IMG/VR virus record: IMGVR_UViG_2711768098_000003
Coordinates: 20,517-84,516 of that record
Length of the DNA: 64,000 nt
Origin: a virus
Taxonomy: Duplodnaviria > Caudoviricetes
Direction: 5' to 3' (one strand)
Part shown: positions 17,342 through 27,129 of the stretch, piece after piece
How positions within the stretch are numbered: position 1 is the first letter of the stretch
Layout of the letters: each line of letters starts with the position of its first letter
Notes under the pieces: model-generated
The model's database searches: none
Seen by the model: the letters and a program-made list of their open reading frames with translations, nothing else
What the model was told of the DNA's origin: nothing
Position numbers and translations under genes: made by a program

Positions 17342-18130
17342 TCAAGTGGCGGCGTTCTGGTAGATGCGATCAAACGCCGCATGGATGTCGCTTCTAACGT
17401 CTTCGTCGAGACCTGAACCGGGGAGACCCCCGCGAATGTTCAGACCTGCCCTCAACGCATCGTTCAGTAGGTATCCGTCAGATTCATCGTCGCCCAGTGA
17501 CTCGTAGCCGAGGGTGTCCCGCAGCTCTTCCATGTCAGCCATGGTCTGCACAAGGTCGCGGTTCGACAGGTTCCCTTTGACGATTGGCGGGCCGGTGACG
17601 AAGTTGTCGGCTGGCGGCCGCGTCTGGACTCGACGGTTGGCGTCGAGTATTTTCCAGAGGTCGGAGCCCATGTCAGCCCATTCGTCGTCGGTGATTTCGT
17701 AGTTGCCGCCGTCGAGGCCGCGGGAGAAGAAATCGACGTTGAGGCCGGATTGGATGACTGCGGTTTCAACGGCGGCCAGGTCGAAGTCGTTGATCGTCGC
17801 GCCGCCGGAAATTTTGCTTTGGCCGCTCCATTCGGAGTTTTCGGCGTCAAGCCACCGTTTGATGCCTCCGTAAACTTTCTTGGCGGTTTTCGGTGTGACT
17901 GAGTCGATGTCGGTTCCGCGGTATTTGGTGGTGTGTCCGCGAAATCGGGACTCGATGGGTTTGGTTGCGGGGAGTTCGTGTTGCCGGAACCCGGAGAGTC
18001 CTGCGTGTGTGGATGGTGTTGCGGCGCCGCGTCGGCTTCGGGGTTCGTCGGCGTGTCCGAGTCCGGCATAGAATGCGCGGAGGCCTTCGGAGATGTTTTC
18101 GCGATGCTCGGGGGTGAGGTGTCGAGTCAT
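17342..18130 (-). CDS. Hypothetical protein with NUMOD3-like N-terminus and acidic C-terminal part
   Basis: MTRHLTPEHRENISEGLRA; AGGAG RBS. Confidence 0.65.
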   Translation of the reverse strand: MTRHLTPEHRENISEGLRAFYAGLGHADEPRSRRGAATPSTHAGLSGFRQHELPATKPIESRFRGHTTKYRGTDIDSVTPKTAKKVYGGIKRWLDAENSEWSGQSKISGGATINDFDLAAVETAVIQSGLNVDFFSRGLDGGNYEITDDEWADMGSDLWKILDANRRVQTRPPADNFVTGPPIVKGNLSNRDLVQTMADMEELRDTLGYESLGDDESDGYLLNDALRAGLNIRGGLPGSGLDEDVRSDIHAAFDRIYQNAAT

Positions 18131-18154
18131 GGCGGAGTTCTCCTGCTGTTCAGT

Positions 18155-18230
18155 TGGTGGCGGGAGCGGGGTTTGAACCCGCGGCTTCCTGCGTATGAGA
18201 CAGGCGCTCTACCGGCTGAGCTATCCCGCT
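18155..18230 (-). tRNA. tRNA with CAT anticodon (Met, or Ile2 if lysidine-modified)
   Basis: 76-nt cloverleaf AGCGGGA-TA-GCTCAGCCGGTAGAGC-G-CCTGT-CTCATAC-GCAGG-AAGCC-GCGGG-TTCAAAC-CCCGC-TCCCGCC-A-CCA. Confidence 0.92.
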
Positions 18231-18446
18231 GTGAAGGCGATCGTGGTGTCGTCAAGTCTCTTGCCGGAGGTGCAGGACGATGGCTGATCGAAGTGTTTCG
18301 GCGATGGACGCAACTAGATGATGTTGGTCAGACTCTCGCCTACGGTCGGGAGCCTATCACCAATGATGTGACAGCCCTGCATATCCAACCAACACTGCTG
18401 GTCGTTGCCCTTGCTTATTGCATACTCGGTATGTAATGTTCGCGGC

Positions 18447-18767
18447 ATGAGCAGACGGAAACCCTCCACCGCAGCAAGTGTCATCTACGCACTCTTCGCC
18501 ATCGGCGTCATCAACATCGTCGCGCAATGGATCGCCGCGAACCTCACACTCGTCCTGATCATCGCCGGAAGTGTGGGCGCAATCATGTTGGCGCGGCACA
18601 TCAACCACCGCATCCACGCGAACACACTCCAACAGCAACGCGAAGACGATGCAACCGCTCTACGAGCCGATATCCAAAACTATCTCGCCCTCAACGATGA
18701 CCCTGCAGGCATCTACGGATACATTCACGCGAATGAACCCGCGGTGCGCGAAACATACCGCCGCTGA
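18447..18767 (+). CDS. Membrane protein on the opposite strand (moron-like)
   Basis: Two hydrophobic segments; TAATGT -10-like element shortly before ATG 18447. The track's start is 18405. Confidence 0.6.
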   Translation: MSRRKPSTAASVIYALFAIGVINIVAQWIAANLTLVLIIAGSVGAIMLARHINHRIHANTLQQQREDDATALRADIQNYLALNDDPAGIYGYIHANEPAVRETYRR

Positions 18768-18971
18768 GGTAAAATCAGCGTCGACGGATTCCAGGCAGCA
18801 CGCCTGATCCACGGTTTTCCGAAAGGGATCGTCCACCTTCATGCACCGGAAAACCTTCCCTGTTTCTTCTGCTCACTTCAAGCCCGCCCGGCTCTGGCAC
18901 CGACCCCTTCCTATGGGTGTCAGGCCGTGGACGGGATCGGCCGAGTCGTAGGTTTGGCTCGGGTTCACCGA

Positions 18972-19010
18972 CAGTCAAGACCCCCGGCGCGCAACCGGGG
19001 GTCTTGACTG
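18972..19010. terminator. 16-bp perfect inverted repeat at the early/late boundary
   Basis: CAGTCAAGACCCCCGG-cgcgcaa-CCGGGGGTCTTGACTG directly after the stop of the 19023 gene. Confidence 0.65.
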
Positions 19011-19022
19011 CGTTGTGGGGGT

Positions 19023-19790
19023 TTATGCTGCGGCAGTGTCGGGTTCGGGGATGCTGGCTTGATGCAGTTTGATGACGTCGCCGATGCGGTACATGGTGTG
19101 GCCGTCCATGATGACGGGTTTCAGTTTGCCGCGTTCCGCCCATTTGGTGATGGTGTTGGCTTTGATGGGTTTGCCGGCGAACCATGGTAGGAAGCGGGCC
19201 ATTTCGGCTGGTGTGGCGACGTGGTTTTTGGCGGATTCGAGTAGTGCGTTGCGTCGTTCGGTGACGGCGTGTTTGAGTCCGCAGGTGCGGCAGGTGACGG
19301 TGTCACTGTTGGAGTCTTTGATGGCGTAGAGGCTGGTGCCACAGTGGTCGCATGCGCCGGTGTAGATGCGTTCTCGGGGTGAGTCGATGGTGCGGCGTGC
19401 TTTGTCGGCGGTGTTGACGATGGCGGTGTAGATGCCTTCGATGGATGGTGCGTCGTCGGGGATGCCGGGGAGGTGTTTCTTCAGGTAGGTGATGCGGCCT
19501 TGTGCGGTGTGGGGTGCGTCTTCGCTGGTGACGATTTGGATGCGGAGCGCATACACGCGGAGTGCTTTTTCGAAGGCGATGCGTGCGTCGGATGCGGCTT
19601 GGTTGAAGGGGACGACGCGGATTTTGTGGCCGGTGGAGCCGAGGCGCATGGGTGCCATGCTGTCGGTTCGGGTGATGGTGATTTCGAGGTCTTCGAGGAG
19701 TTCGGCGGCGTTGTCGAGGATTTTCATCAAGGTGCGGCGTTGGAGTTTGTCGAGGACGCCTGCCTGCGGTGTGTCCATCGTCCGGGTCAC
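19023..19790 (-). CDS. Zn-finger + MerR/excisionase-type HTH protein, possible late-gene regulator
   Basis: CDHC and CRTC pairs; C-terminal TITKWAERGKL...YRIGDV; last gene before the late region. Confidence 0.7.
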   Translation of the reverse strand: MTRTMDTPQAGVLDKLQRRTLMKILDNAAELLEDLEITITRTDSMAPMRLGSTGHKIRVVPFNQAASDARIAFEKALRVYALRIQIVTSEDAPHTAQGRITYLKKHLPGIPDDAPSIEGIYTAIVNTADKARRTIDSPRERIYTGACDHCGTSLYAIKDSNSDTVTCRTCGLKHAVTERRNALLESAKNHVATPAEMARFLPWFAGKPIKANTITKWAERGKLKPVIMDGHTMYRIGDVIKLHQASIPEPDTAAA

Positions 19791-20488
19791 GATGCGGCTT
19801 CTTCCTGGGTTTCGATGAGGCGGATCAGGGTGTCGGCGTTCGATGCCGTATCCCACAGGTCGCCGAGGGCGGCGAGACGTGCAGTCACCCAGGAGTACTG
19901 CTCGAGCGGGTAGGAGAGGATGACACTGTGACTGCGGGGCTGCCCTGCAACGTTCACACGGCCATCGTCGCTGGCGTCGTCGCCATCGTCTCGCGGCTGG
20001 GGTGCCGGTTTCGGATCGACAGTCGGCGGCACCACAGGCGTAGCCGCAGCAACCGCGTCCTCCGCAGCATCCCGCGCATCCGCCAACAATCCATCCAAAT
20101 CCGCCGCCGTATAACCAGTACCATCCAAATCCGGTAGATCGACAAGCAGGTTTGCTAGGAGTCCTTCGTCGAAGTCGCCGAGCTGCCCGGTCTTATTGTC
20201 GGCGAGCATGATGCGGGTCGCAGCCTCATCGTCGACATCGACGTGTACGGCTTTGATTGTCGGCCACTTCAACTTTTTCGCAGCCAAGGCGGTGTGGTTG
20301 CCGCGCAGGATTTCGTTGTAGCGGCCAGTCTGGGTGCCTTTGTTGACGACGATGGGCACGAATTGGCCGTTGGTTTTGAGTGATTCGGCGATGGCTGCGA
20401 TGTCGCCTTTGCGGGGGTTGTCTTCGTAGGGGCGGAGTGCGGCGATTTTGACGTCGGTGACTTCGAGGTCGTGGATGGTGGCAGGCAT
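19787..20488 (-). CDS. ParB/Srx N-terminal domain protein
   Basis: LRPYEDNPR, IAESLKTNGQFVPIVV, ILRGNHT and LADNK motifs. Confidence 0.85.
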   Translation of the reverse strand: MPATIHDLEVTDVKIAALRPYEDNPRKGDIAAIAESLKTNGQFVPIVVNKGTQTGRYNEILRGNHTALAAKKLKWPTIKAVHVDVDDEAATRIMLADNKTGQLGDFDEGLLANLLVDLPDLDGTGYTAADLDGLLADARDAAEDAVAAATPVVPPTVDPKPAPQPRDDGDDASDDGRVNVAGQPRSHSVILSYPLEQYSWVTARLAALGDLWDTASNADTLIRLIETQEEAAS

Positions 20489-20865
20489 CAGGCGTCGTCT
20501 CCGGGTAGGGCTGCGTCAGGGTATGCGGGGAGGATTTCGGCGAGCAATGCTGTGATGTCGCCGGCCTCGTAGATCATGTATTTGGCGTTGGCGTCGAAGA
20601 GTCCGTCGCGGGCGTGAACCATGTCGACGCGGTAGCTTGCGCCGTTGGTGAGCATGTCGTCTTCGCGTTCCCACATTTCGACGCTGTCTTCGTGTTCTGG
20701 GCTGCGGATGCCGTGGGTGAAGAAGTCGCCGTTGTGTCCGTTGTCGAAGGATTCGCCGAGGATGCACAGGTCGATGGGGTTGTAGCCGTGTGTGGTGAGG
20801 TTGAGTTCCCAGTAGAGGGTTCCTGGGGGTTGCTGCATGAGTTCGGCGCGGCTGATGATCTTCAC
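20488..20865 (-). CDS. Hypothetical protein
   Basis: GTGA-coupled start, VKIISRAELMQQPPGT; RDGLFD motif. Confidence 0.6.
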   Translation of the reverse strand: MKIISRAELMQQPPGTLYWELNLTTHGYNPIDLCILGESFDNGHNGDFFTHGIRSPEHEDSVEMWEREDDMLTNGASYRVDMVHARDGLFDANAKYMIYEAGDITALLAEILPAYPDAALPGDDA

Positions 20866-21155
20866 GCGGCCGCGTCCTTCCATACCTCGACGTCGAACAG
20901 GTTGTCGGGGACCTGCCACACACCGAGGGTGCCGACTCGCCCGAAAGCGCTCTCGGGTACGGGCTGTCCGGTGTCGGCGTAGCGGAGTGCATCCACGGGG
21001 ACGGTGATGTCCATGCCGCGGCGTCGGATGACTGCGAGGCCTTCGCCTAGGTGTCGGGGTGTGGGCTGTAGCTGTCCGACGACGACAGGCAGTTTGCCGT
21101 CTTCGGGCTGATAGAAGACACGATCAGAACGGTTCTCGGTCGCTGCGCGGTTCAT
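20862..21155 (-). CDS. Hypothetical protein
   Basis: Coupled by 4-nt overlaps on both sides. Confidence 0.55.
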   Translation of the reverse strand: MNRAATENRSDRVFYQPEDGKLPVVVGQLQPTPRHLGEGLAVIRRRGMDITVPVDALRYADTGQPVPESAFGRVGTLGVWQVPDNLFDVEVWKDAAA

Positions 21156-21529
21156 GCCTTCACCTCGCGGTCCGCTACGGGGTGCGGTTCACGTGCCGCT
21201 AGCGCGTGGTCGAACTCGGGAACGACGATCTGGATGACCCTTCTGCCCTTGTCGTTCTCCATCACTGTCAGCCTGTCCAGCCATCCACGGAATCGGCCGT
21301 TCTCGCCGTCGTCGATGACGATGAATGTCGACCGGTCGGGGCCGTCGAGAATGGACTTCGAGAAGTCAACTTCGAGCGGGAGTGTCGCGGTCGCGGATGT
21401 GCCGTCGCCGCTGTAAACGATGTTGTCGCGAGCGTATCCGTTGCCAAGTCGCACAGATGCATGATGCGCCAACGACCCGAAGTCGCCGTACTGCCACGCA
21501 GAAATGATGGTGTCGGTCTTTTCGATCAT
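21152..21529 (-). CDS. Hypothetical protein
   Basis: GAGGT RBS before ATG 21529. Confidence 0.55.
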   Translation of the reverse strand: MIEKTDTIISAWQYGDFGSLAHHASVRLGNGYARDNIVYSGDGTSATATLPLEVDFSKSILDGPDRSTFIVIDDGENGRFRGWLDRLTVMENDKGRRVIQIVVPEFDHALAAREPHPVADREVKA

Positions 21530-21533
21530 GGGT

Positions 21534-22283
21534 CTACCTCTTTCGGCCGAGTTCGGCGATGACATTGTGTAGATGCTTCGTGTACGTGACATTCGAGCCA
21601 GGCATGTTCTCCACCGCATACTTGATGTGGCGGCCACCATGCAGGTAGTTGTTGGCCCAGAAGATGGCGCCCGACCAGGTGCGCCACGACCGCAGATCCC
21701 ACCAGCGCTGCCACTGCCGGGCGGTCGCAACCTTCACCAGTTCACGAAGCCACCGGTCGATATCGGGTCCCCAGTATTCGGTGAGGTCTGCGAGACTGCG
21801 GAGCGGGTTGCCCTCAGGTAGTTCGGAGATGGGGTCGCCGGGTGCGGTGTAGCTGTAGACCGGGAAGTCCTTCGGGTCGATCCAGCGGCCACCGGTGATG
21901 CCGTAACCGCCGCGGTCTTCGCCTACGAACTGTGTGTGATGCCGTGCAGGGTCGGCGATGACACCGACGAGAAGCACGTGCAGTCGCGGGTGCATGCCAC
22001 TCGCGATCTCGGCAGCAACATCCCCCACCAGTTTGGCGCCGGCGGAGAAGCCTACAAGAATGACCGGGTACGGGTCTTCGTCAATCATCCGCAACAGGGC
22101 TGCACGGCCGCGTTCCTGCGAAACCCCGAACGCCTCGTTACCGCCAACCCAACCATACGAAGCGCTGAATGCTTCCAGTTCGCGGACACGGAACCGGGTG
22201 GGATCAAGGCCGCGGGTGACAGCGGTGATCATGTTGCGTCCGATAGCCTCTGAGACGCCTCGGGCGGTGATGATGGTGATCAT
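21534..22283 (-). CDS. Cutinase/PE-PPE-like alpha/beta hydrolase (LysB-like)
   Basis: ARGVSE, nucleophile elbow GFSAGA, IADPAR, GDPIS, and a late His (GRHIKY). Confidence 0.8.
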   Translation of the reverse strand: MITIITARGVSEAIGRNMITAVTRGLDPTRFRVRELEAFSASYGWVGGNEAFGVSQERGRAALLRMIDEDPYPVILVGFSAGAKLVGDVAAEIASGMHPRLHVLLVGVIADPARHHTQFVGEDRGGYGITGGRWIDPKDFPVYSYTAPGDPISELPEGNPLRSLADLTEYWGPDIDRWLRELVKVATARQWQRWWDLRSWRTWSGAIFWANNYLHGGRHIKYAVENMPGSNVTYTKHLHNVIAELGRKR

Positions 22284-23160
22284 GCGTGGCCCCTATCGGG
22301 GATTGTGTGGTGGCAGATGAAGACGCCCGCGACGATGAGGGCGATGACGAAACTGAAGGTCAGCATGGTTGAATCTCCAAGACGGTTCCAGGGTGCGCCC
22401 ACTCGTAGGCTTCAGCCCACACGTCGGCACGCCACCGGTCAGCGGCCGTGTACAAGACAGTTCCGTCGACGGCGACCGTGAATCGCGGGATAGGCTGCGA
22501 AAAGTCGATGCTCATGCGAAGCGGGTGAGCCAGCGGAATGCGAGAAACTCGGCCACATACCCTGCAACAACATCGAAGACGATGCGCGGGATGGTTTTAC
22601 GCTGCGACCTCAGCATTCGACAGACTCCCACCTGTGCCCTGACGGATCCGTGTGCAGTACTGGATGCCCGGCTTTCAGTGAGCAGTCGATCCGCCACTCC
22701 ACCGGCTGCCCGTTACCACCCAACTCGTCGACGATCGGCTTGTTGATGCGCCGGAATGCTGGGCATTCTTCACCTGGCGCGCCGCGGCCGTCGTTGGCGG
22801 GGTGCCGGGGGGTGTTGATGGCGCTCACGCTGGCATCTTGTCTGATGCGACACCGAGGAATTGGAGGAGTGCGCGGCGTACATCGGTGGGGAGGTCTGCG
22901 GGCCGGGGTCGTACGGGGCTGGATGTGGTTTGGTTGTCGCGGGCGAGTTCGATGGTCCAGCCGTCTTCGATGTCGAATGCCAGGTGTGTGACATGGTATT
23001 CGGTGAGGTAGCCGCCGGTCGCAAACGTCGGGGCTGCAGTGCGGAGGGTGTCGGCGGACGACAGTGGCCGTTTAAACGGGAGCACGTTCGAGGTCATGCC
23101 ATGATTGTTGCGCCGCCCCTGTCGTTTTGGATATGGCAACCAACACGCCTGTCCCGAGCG

Positions 23161-23946
23161 TCAATGTCCCGCAGTTCGTCCCGCCCTCAAAGCGAATTCG
23201 TACCCGCGTTGCTGCGCAGTGATCGGCGTAAACACCGGAGTGTCGAGGTCAAACGTCGAAGCCGGCACCGTCATTGCGGGGGAACTAGAAGCGGGGCCGA
23301 ACACTGGCGGCGGCATCATGACCATCCGCGCAGCCTGTTCCGCGACATCCGCCGCGTGTGCATTCATCAAGTGCCCGATCAGCGTGTCTGCGCCAATATC
23401 GGCGAACCTACCAAGTCCGCGCCTCATGTACGCGCGTGCAGCATCTTCGGTGAGTTCTTGCCCGTAGTTCGCGCGGTTCTCGGCGGCGATACGAGATGCG
23501 ATCCGCTCATGCGTTTCCGTGCGATGCGCCTTCGCGGCTTCCTCACGCTCTCGGCGCTGCATGTACTGCAACCAAGACTCTCCAGGGCGCACCGGCACAT
23601 CCTTATCGCCGGTTTGTAGATACTTGACTGCGGTCGCGCACTCCCCGACCGTCGCCGACTTCTTGCTGAGGATGCTGATGGCGTGGTCTATTGCATCCTC
23701 GGTTGGCTTCTCAGTGTTGGCGATGGCGTCGAACAGGCGGATGCGTGCGTCTGCGATGGCGTTGCCTGTGAAGCCTTCACCGTTGAGGTAGGCGTCGTTT
23801 TCTTGGTCGGCGATGGCGGCGAGTGGTCGTGTGGTGATGATGCGGGGGCGCATGAGGTGTGCGACCCTGAGCTTCGGCGCGATCGTGGCGGTCAAGGTCA
23901 CGATGAAGACGATGGGTGCCAGCCAGATGAGATGCTCAGGGGTCAC
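23161..23946 (-). CDS. Hypothetical protein with N-terminal membrane anchor
   Basis: 261-aa ORF with a hydrophobic N-terminus. Confidence 0.55.
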   Translation of the reverse strand: MTPEHLIWLAPIVFIVTLTATIAPKLRVAHLMRPRIITTRPLAAIADQENDAYLNGEGFTGNAIADARIRLFDAIANTEKPTEDAIDHAISILSKKSATVGECATAVKYLQTGDKDVPVRPGESWLQYMQRREREEAAKAHRTETHERIASRIAAENRANYGQELTEDAARAYMRRGLGRFADIGADTLIGHLMNAHAADVAEQAARMVMMPPPVFGPASSSPAMTVPASTFDLDTPVFTPITAQQRGYEFALRAGRTAGH

Positions 23947-24122
23947 GGTGGGCTACCTTGCGAGGAGTGGTGTCGCGATGACGATGGCACCCGCGAACGG
24001 TATCGACAGGACGATGGTGATGCGTTCACCTTCGCAGGTGGACAGCCACGGCCAGAAGCGGACTGGGGTTTCTCGCGGCACATACCAGGCGTCGAACGGA
24101 TACCGGACATTCTGCAACGACC

Positions 24123-24431
24123 TCACTTCACCACACCCCCGAGCCTCTCAATTTCGTCCCGCAAGTACCAGCGCGCCTTGTTCAAGTCTTCGACCTGCTT
24201 CGCGGGATCGGCGGAATCCTTCAACCCTGCACGCCACAGGTATTTGATCGCGTTGCCGATGTTGAAGTTTCGCCATCGGGTGACCTGGATGCATTCCACG
24301 CCGCTAGGGTCGCTCGTGTAGTGCGATGGATGGTTGACGGGATCGTTGCCGGGCAGTACCTGCGCATCAGCTTTGGCGAGCTCCGCTTCCGCCGCCTTCA
24401 CAGCCAAGTTCACCCTGTCGTCGTAGCTCAT
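24123..24431 (-). CDS. DUF3310 (SaV-like) protein
   Basis: DPVNHPSHYT, ECI, FNIGNAIKYLWRAGLK and EDLNKARWYL motifs. Confidence 0.85.
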   Translation of the reverse strand: MSYDDRVNLAVKAAEAELAKADAQVLPGNDPVNHPSHYTSDPSGVECIQVTRWRNFNIGNAIKYLWRAGLKDSADPAKQVEDLNKARWYLRDEIERLGGVVK

Positions 24432-24668
24432 CGTCGTGGCCTTTTCTGTTTCGTCGGATTGTGTGCCCAAAACGGGGGTTGATGCGCCCAAAGCTCACGT
24501 TGTGTCGCGGTCAATGCAATCCCCTCCACACGATCCGGTAGCCGCGCCGCCACTCAAAGCTGATGCCGCATATAGGGCCGGACGGCGCGCCATACAAGGT
24601 GATCTCAGGAATCCTGCGCGGATACGGATCCACTGTCCGGTACCAAATTGGCCAGTGCCATCTCAAGC

Positions 24669-25826
24669 TCATGCTGCGGGGAGCCTGACAGGCATCAACA
24701 AGTACAGGAAATCCGTTTCCGACGCGGTGTACTCCCCCGCATCCTCGCGGCCGTCAGTATCGACACCAGGCCGCAGCACGGCAGGGCGTGCAGGGACAGT
24801 GAACCCGAACGTCACTTGCTCCGAACGCAATGCTGCCAACCCGTCCAGCAGGTAGCCGGGGTTGAAGGCGATGTCGATGGGTGCACCGACCAGGACGGCA
24901 GGCAGGGTTTCTTCGGCTTCACCTGCATCCGCGCCACCAGCCGACAACGTCAACCCATCCGCCGTGAAGGACAGGCGGACCTGTGCGCCACGATCCGCCA
25001 TCAACGCGACACGCTTGATCGCACCCGACAACTCCGCGACATTCACCGACGCCAACGCTGTATGTGATGCGGGAATCAACTGCCGGAACTTCGGGAACTC
25101 GGAATCGATCAGCCGTGTCGTGGTTTGCTTTCCGCCTGCGGTGACACCGAGGATCCCCAACGTGCCGATGCCTGAGGCGTTTCCGAGGGCGACGTCGACG
25201 GATCCCGTACCCGCATTCTTGGCGGTCTCTGCGAATGCTTTCGCCGGTACGAGGACGCCGGTCGGCTCTGCGATGTCGGCATCCCATCGGATGGTGCGAA
25301 CCGCCAGCCGGAAACGATCGGTGGATGCCAGGGTGATGGTGTCGCCAGCAAGGTCGATGCGTACACCCGTCAACATCGGCAGCGTGTCATCCTTCGACGC
25401 TGCGACAGTGACCTGTGCGGCAGCCTCAGTGAACAAGTCTGCGGGGATGCTTCCGGTGACGGCGGGTGTCGCCGGGAGGGCCGGGTATTCGCCATCGGGC
25501 ATGGTGGGGAGTGAAAACTTTGCGGCACCGCAGGTGATGCGTACCTGGTTGCCGTCGACGCGGATATCGACGGGCTTGTTGGGTAGTGATTTGGTGATGT
25601 CGGCGAGGAGTTTGCCGGAGACGAGGACGCGGCCGGGTGTGGCGTGGTCGACGGGGATGGTTTGTTCGGCGGATGTTTCGTAGTCGAAGACTGCGACTGT
25701 GAGGTGTGTGTCGGTGGCGGTGAGTAGGATGCCGCCGAGGATGGGGGTGACTGCGCGTCCGGGGAGTGTGCGTGCAACCCATGTGATGGTGTTTGCGAAG
25801 TCGGTGCGGTCTGCGGTGATGTGCAT
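24669..25826 (-). CDS. dnaN: DNA polymerase III beta sliding clamp
   Basis: FDYETSA, VSGKLLADI, ASKDDTLPMLTGV, STDRFRLA, IAFNPGYLLDGL and YLLMPVRL; closely resembles actinobacterial DnaN. Confidence 0.93.
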   Translation of the reverse strand: MHITADRTDFANTITWVARTLPGRAVTPILGGILLTATDTHLTVAVFDYETSAEQTIPVDHATPGRVLVSGKLLADITKSLPNKPVDIRVDGNQVRITCGAAKFSLPTMPDGEYPALPATPAVTGSIPADLFTEAAAQVTVAASKDDTLPMLTGVRIDLAGDTITLASTDRFRLAVRTIRWDADIAEPTGVLVPAKAFAETAKNAGTGSVDVALGNASGIGTLGILGVTAGGKQTTTRLIDSEFPKFRQLIPASHTALASVNVAELSGAIKRVALMADRGAQVRLSFTADGLTLSAGGADAGEAEETLPAVLVGAPIDIAFNPGYLLDGLAALRSEQVTFGFTVPARPAVLRPGVDTDGREDAGEYTASETDFLYLLMPVRLPAA

Positions 25827-25916
25827 GTGGTGGGGGTTCTTTCGGTGTGGGTGTTGGTGGGAAAGTAGATGCCGTGTGGGGGTTTTGCATGCGGCAACCA
25901 ACAGTGCTGATGGCAG

Positions 25917-26282
25917 TCAGCGTGAGTTACGGGGTTCCCATGTTCGGATGACAGTGTCGGGTCCGGTGCCCCAGAAGTTGCAGCCATATCCGCGAAGCAC
26001 GCCGGCGGGGGCGTTAGCCCGGATGAACCCGAGCATCGCCTCTTCACCGTCTTCGTTTGCAGTGTGGATGTACAGTTCTTTCGGCCAGAATTCGTTGTCG
26101 CGCATCCAAATGAGGAGCGGCATGATTGTGTCGCTGTAGCCGAGGTCGTGATCCAGTGACAGCGCTGCGACTGGGTCACGCAGGAGTATCTGCCCGGCGA
26201 TTACGAGCTTGGCGTCGTCGACGTCCACCGCCAAAGCCCATCCATCGGGGGCGGGTCGTTCGTCGTCCACGAAAAGCATCAC
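25917..26282 (-). CDS. Cyclic-phosphate-processing receiver domain protein
   Basis: LFVDDERPAPDGW, LSLDHDLG and IHTAN motifs. Confidence 0.8.
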   Translation of the reverse strand: MMLFVDDERPAPDGWALAVDVDDAKLVIAGQILLRDPVAALSLDHDLGYSDTIMPLLIWMRDNEFWPKELYIHTANEDGEEAMLGFIRANAPAGVLRGYGCNFWGTGPDTVIRTWEPRNSR

Positions 26283-26452
26283 GATGTCTCCTCAGGTTCA
26301 GCAGCAGGGGCGGCGCGGTGTGATGCGTACAGTGCGATTCCGATGTGCAGGGCCGTGCTTCGTGCGTGCAGTGCAGTCGACGCGTTCATGCGGCGCAGCG
26401 CGAGAGCGTGCTCGTACGGCGACACGCCCCATGGGTCAGGCTCTCTCATCAC

Positions 26453-26578
26453 TCAGCAGCTCCCATCGCACGTGCAGGCGTAGCATTCTTCGCACTTCTC
26501 GCCAGACCCGCCAGGGCAGTCCCCGAGCGTCAGACCGTCGTCGCCTACAGGCTCGAGACATTCGATGCACTCGCCCAT
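26453..26578 (-). CDS. 41-aa Cys-rich miniprotein (8 Cys)
   Basis: Hand-translated MGECIECLEPVGDDGLTLGDCPGGSGEKCEECYACTCDGSC; TGATG-coupled to the upstream gene. Confidence 0.5.
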   Translation of the reverse strand: MGECIECLEPVGDDGLTLGDCPGGSGEKCEECYACTCDGSC

Positions 26579-27129
26579 CACTCACCGACCTTCGCAGCAG
26601 AAGCGGGAGTGCGGAGTCGTAGGTCCCTCGCCCGGAATGGCCCCTGTCCGCCGTCGAGGTCACGCCACCGCACCTCGATGTAGTCGATGCCGTGAAGGGA
26701 TTCGATGACGGTGCCCCAGTGTTCGGGCAGCAGGTACCAGTCGTCGCCGTTTCGGACTGCACGTTCGTCGTGGTACGACACGATGTCGCCCACCTGGAAC
26801 TTAGTTTCAGTGTCAGCCATTGTCGGCCTCCTTCGTGGTTGCCGAAGCATCAGCGGCAAGCAGTGTTTTCGCATCATGCACCGGGCACGTCTGACCCGGT
26901 TGGAGGCTGATGTAGCCGTGCGCCTGGCAGCCGCCGTGGTGATCGAACCAGCAGTCGTCTGGGTCGACTAGCTCCGACAGCAACGTTGTGGGCACGATAA
27001 TCTGCCCGGCCTGCACCAATCGGGACGCCACATGCTCGGCGACCTCGCGTGCCTCATGCCCATACATGCGATGGCCGATCACCGCCGCCACATCATCTTC
27101 AATCGCATCCGCGATGACGTCGATAGCGC

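Noticed and set aside
19787-20488. ParABS plasmid-partition system
   Set aside because: Only a ParB N-terminal domain; no ParA ATPase or parS array nearby. Such genes are common near phage terminase regions.
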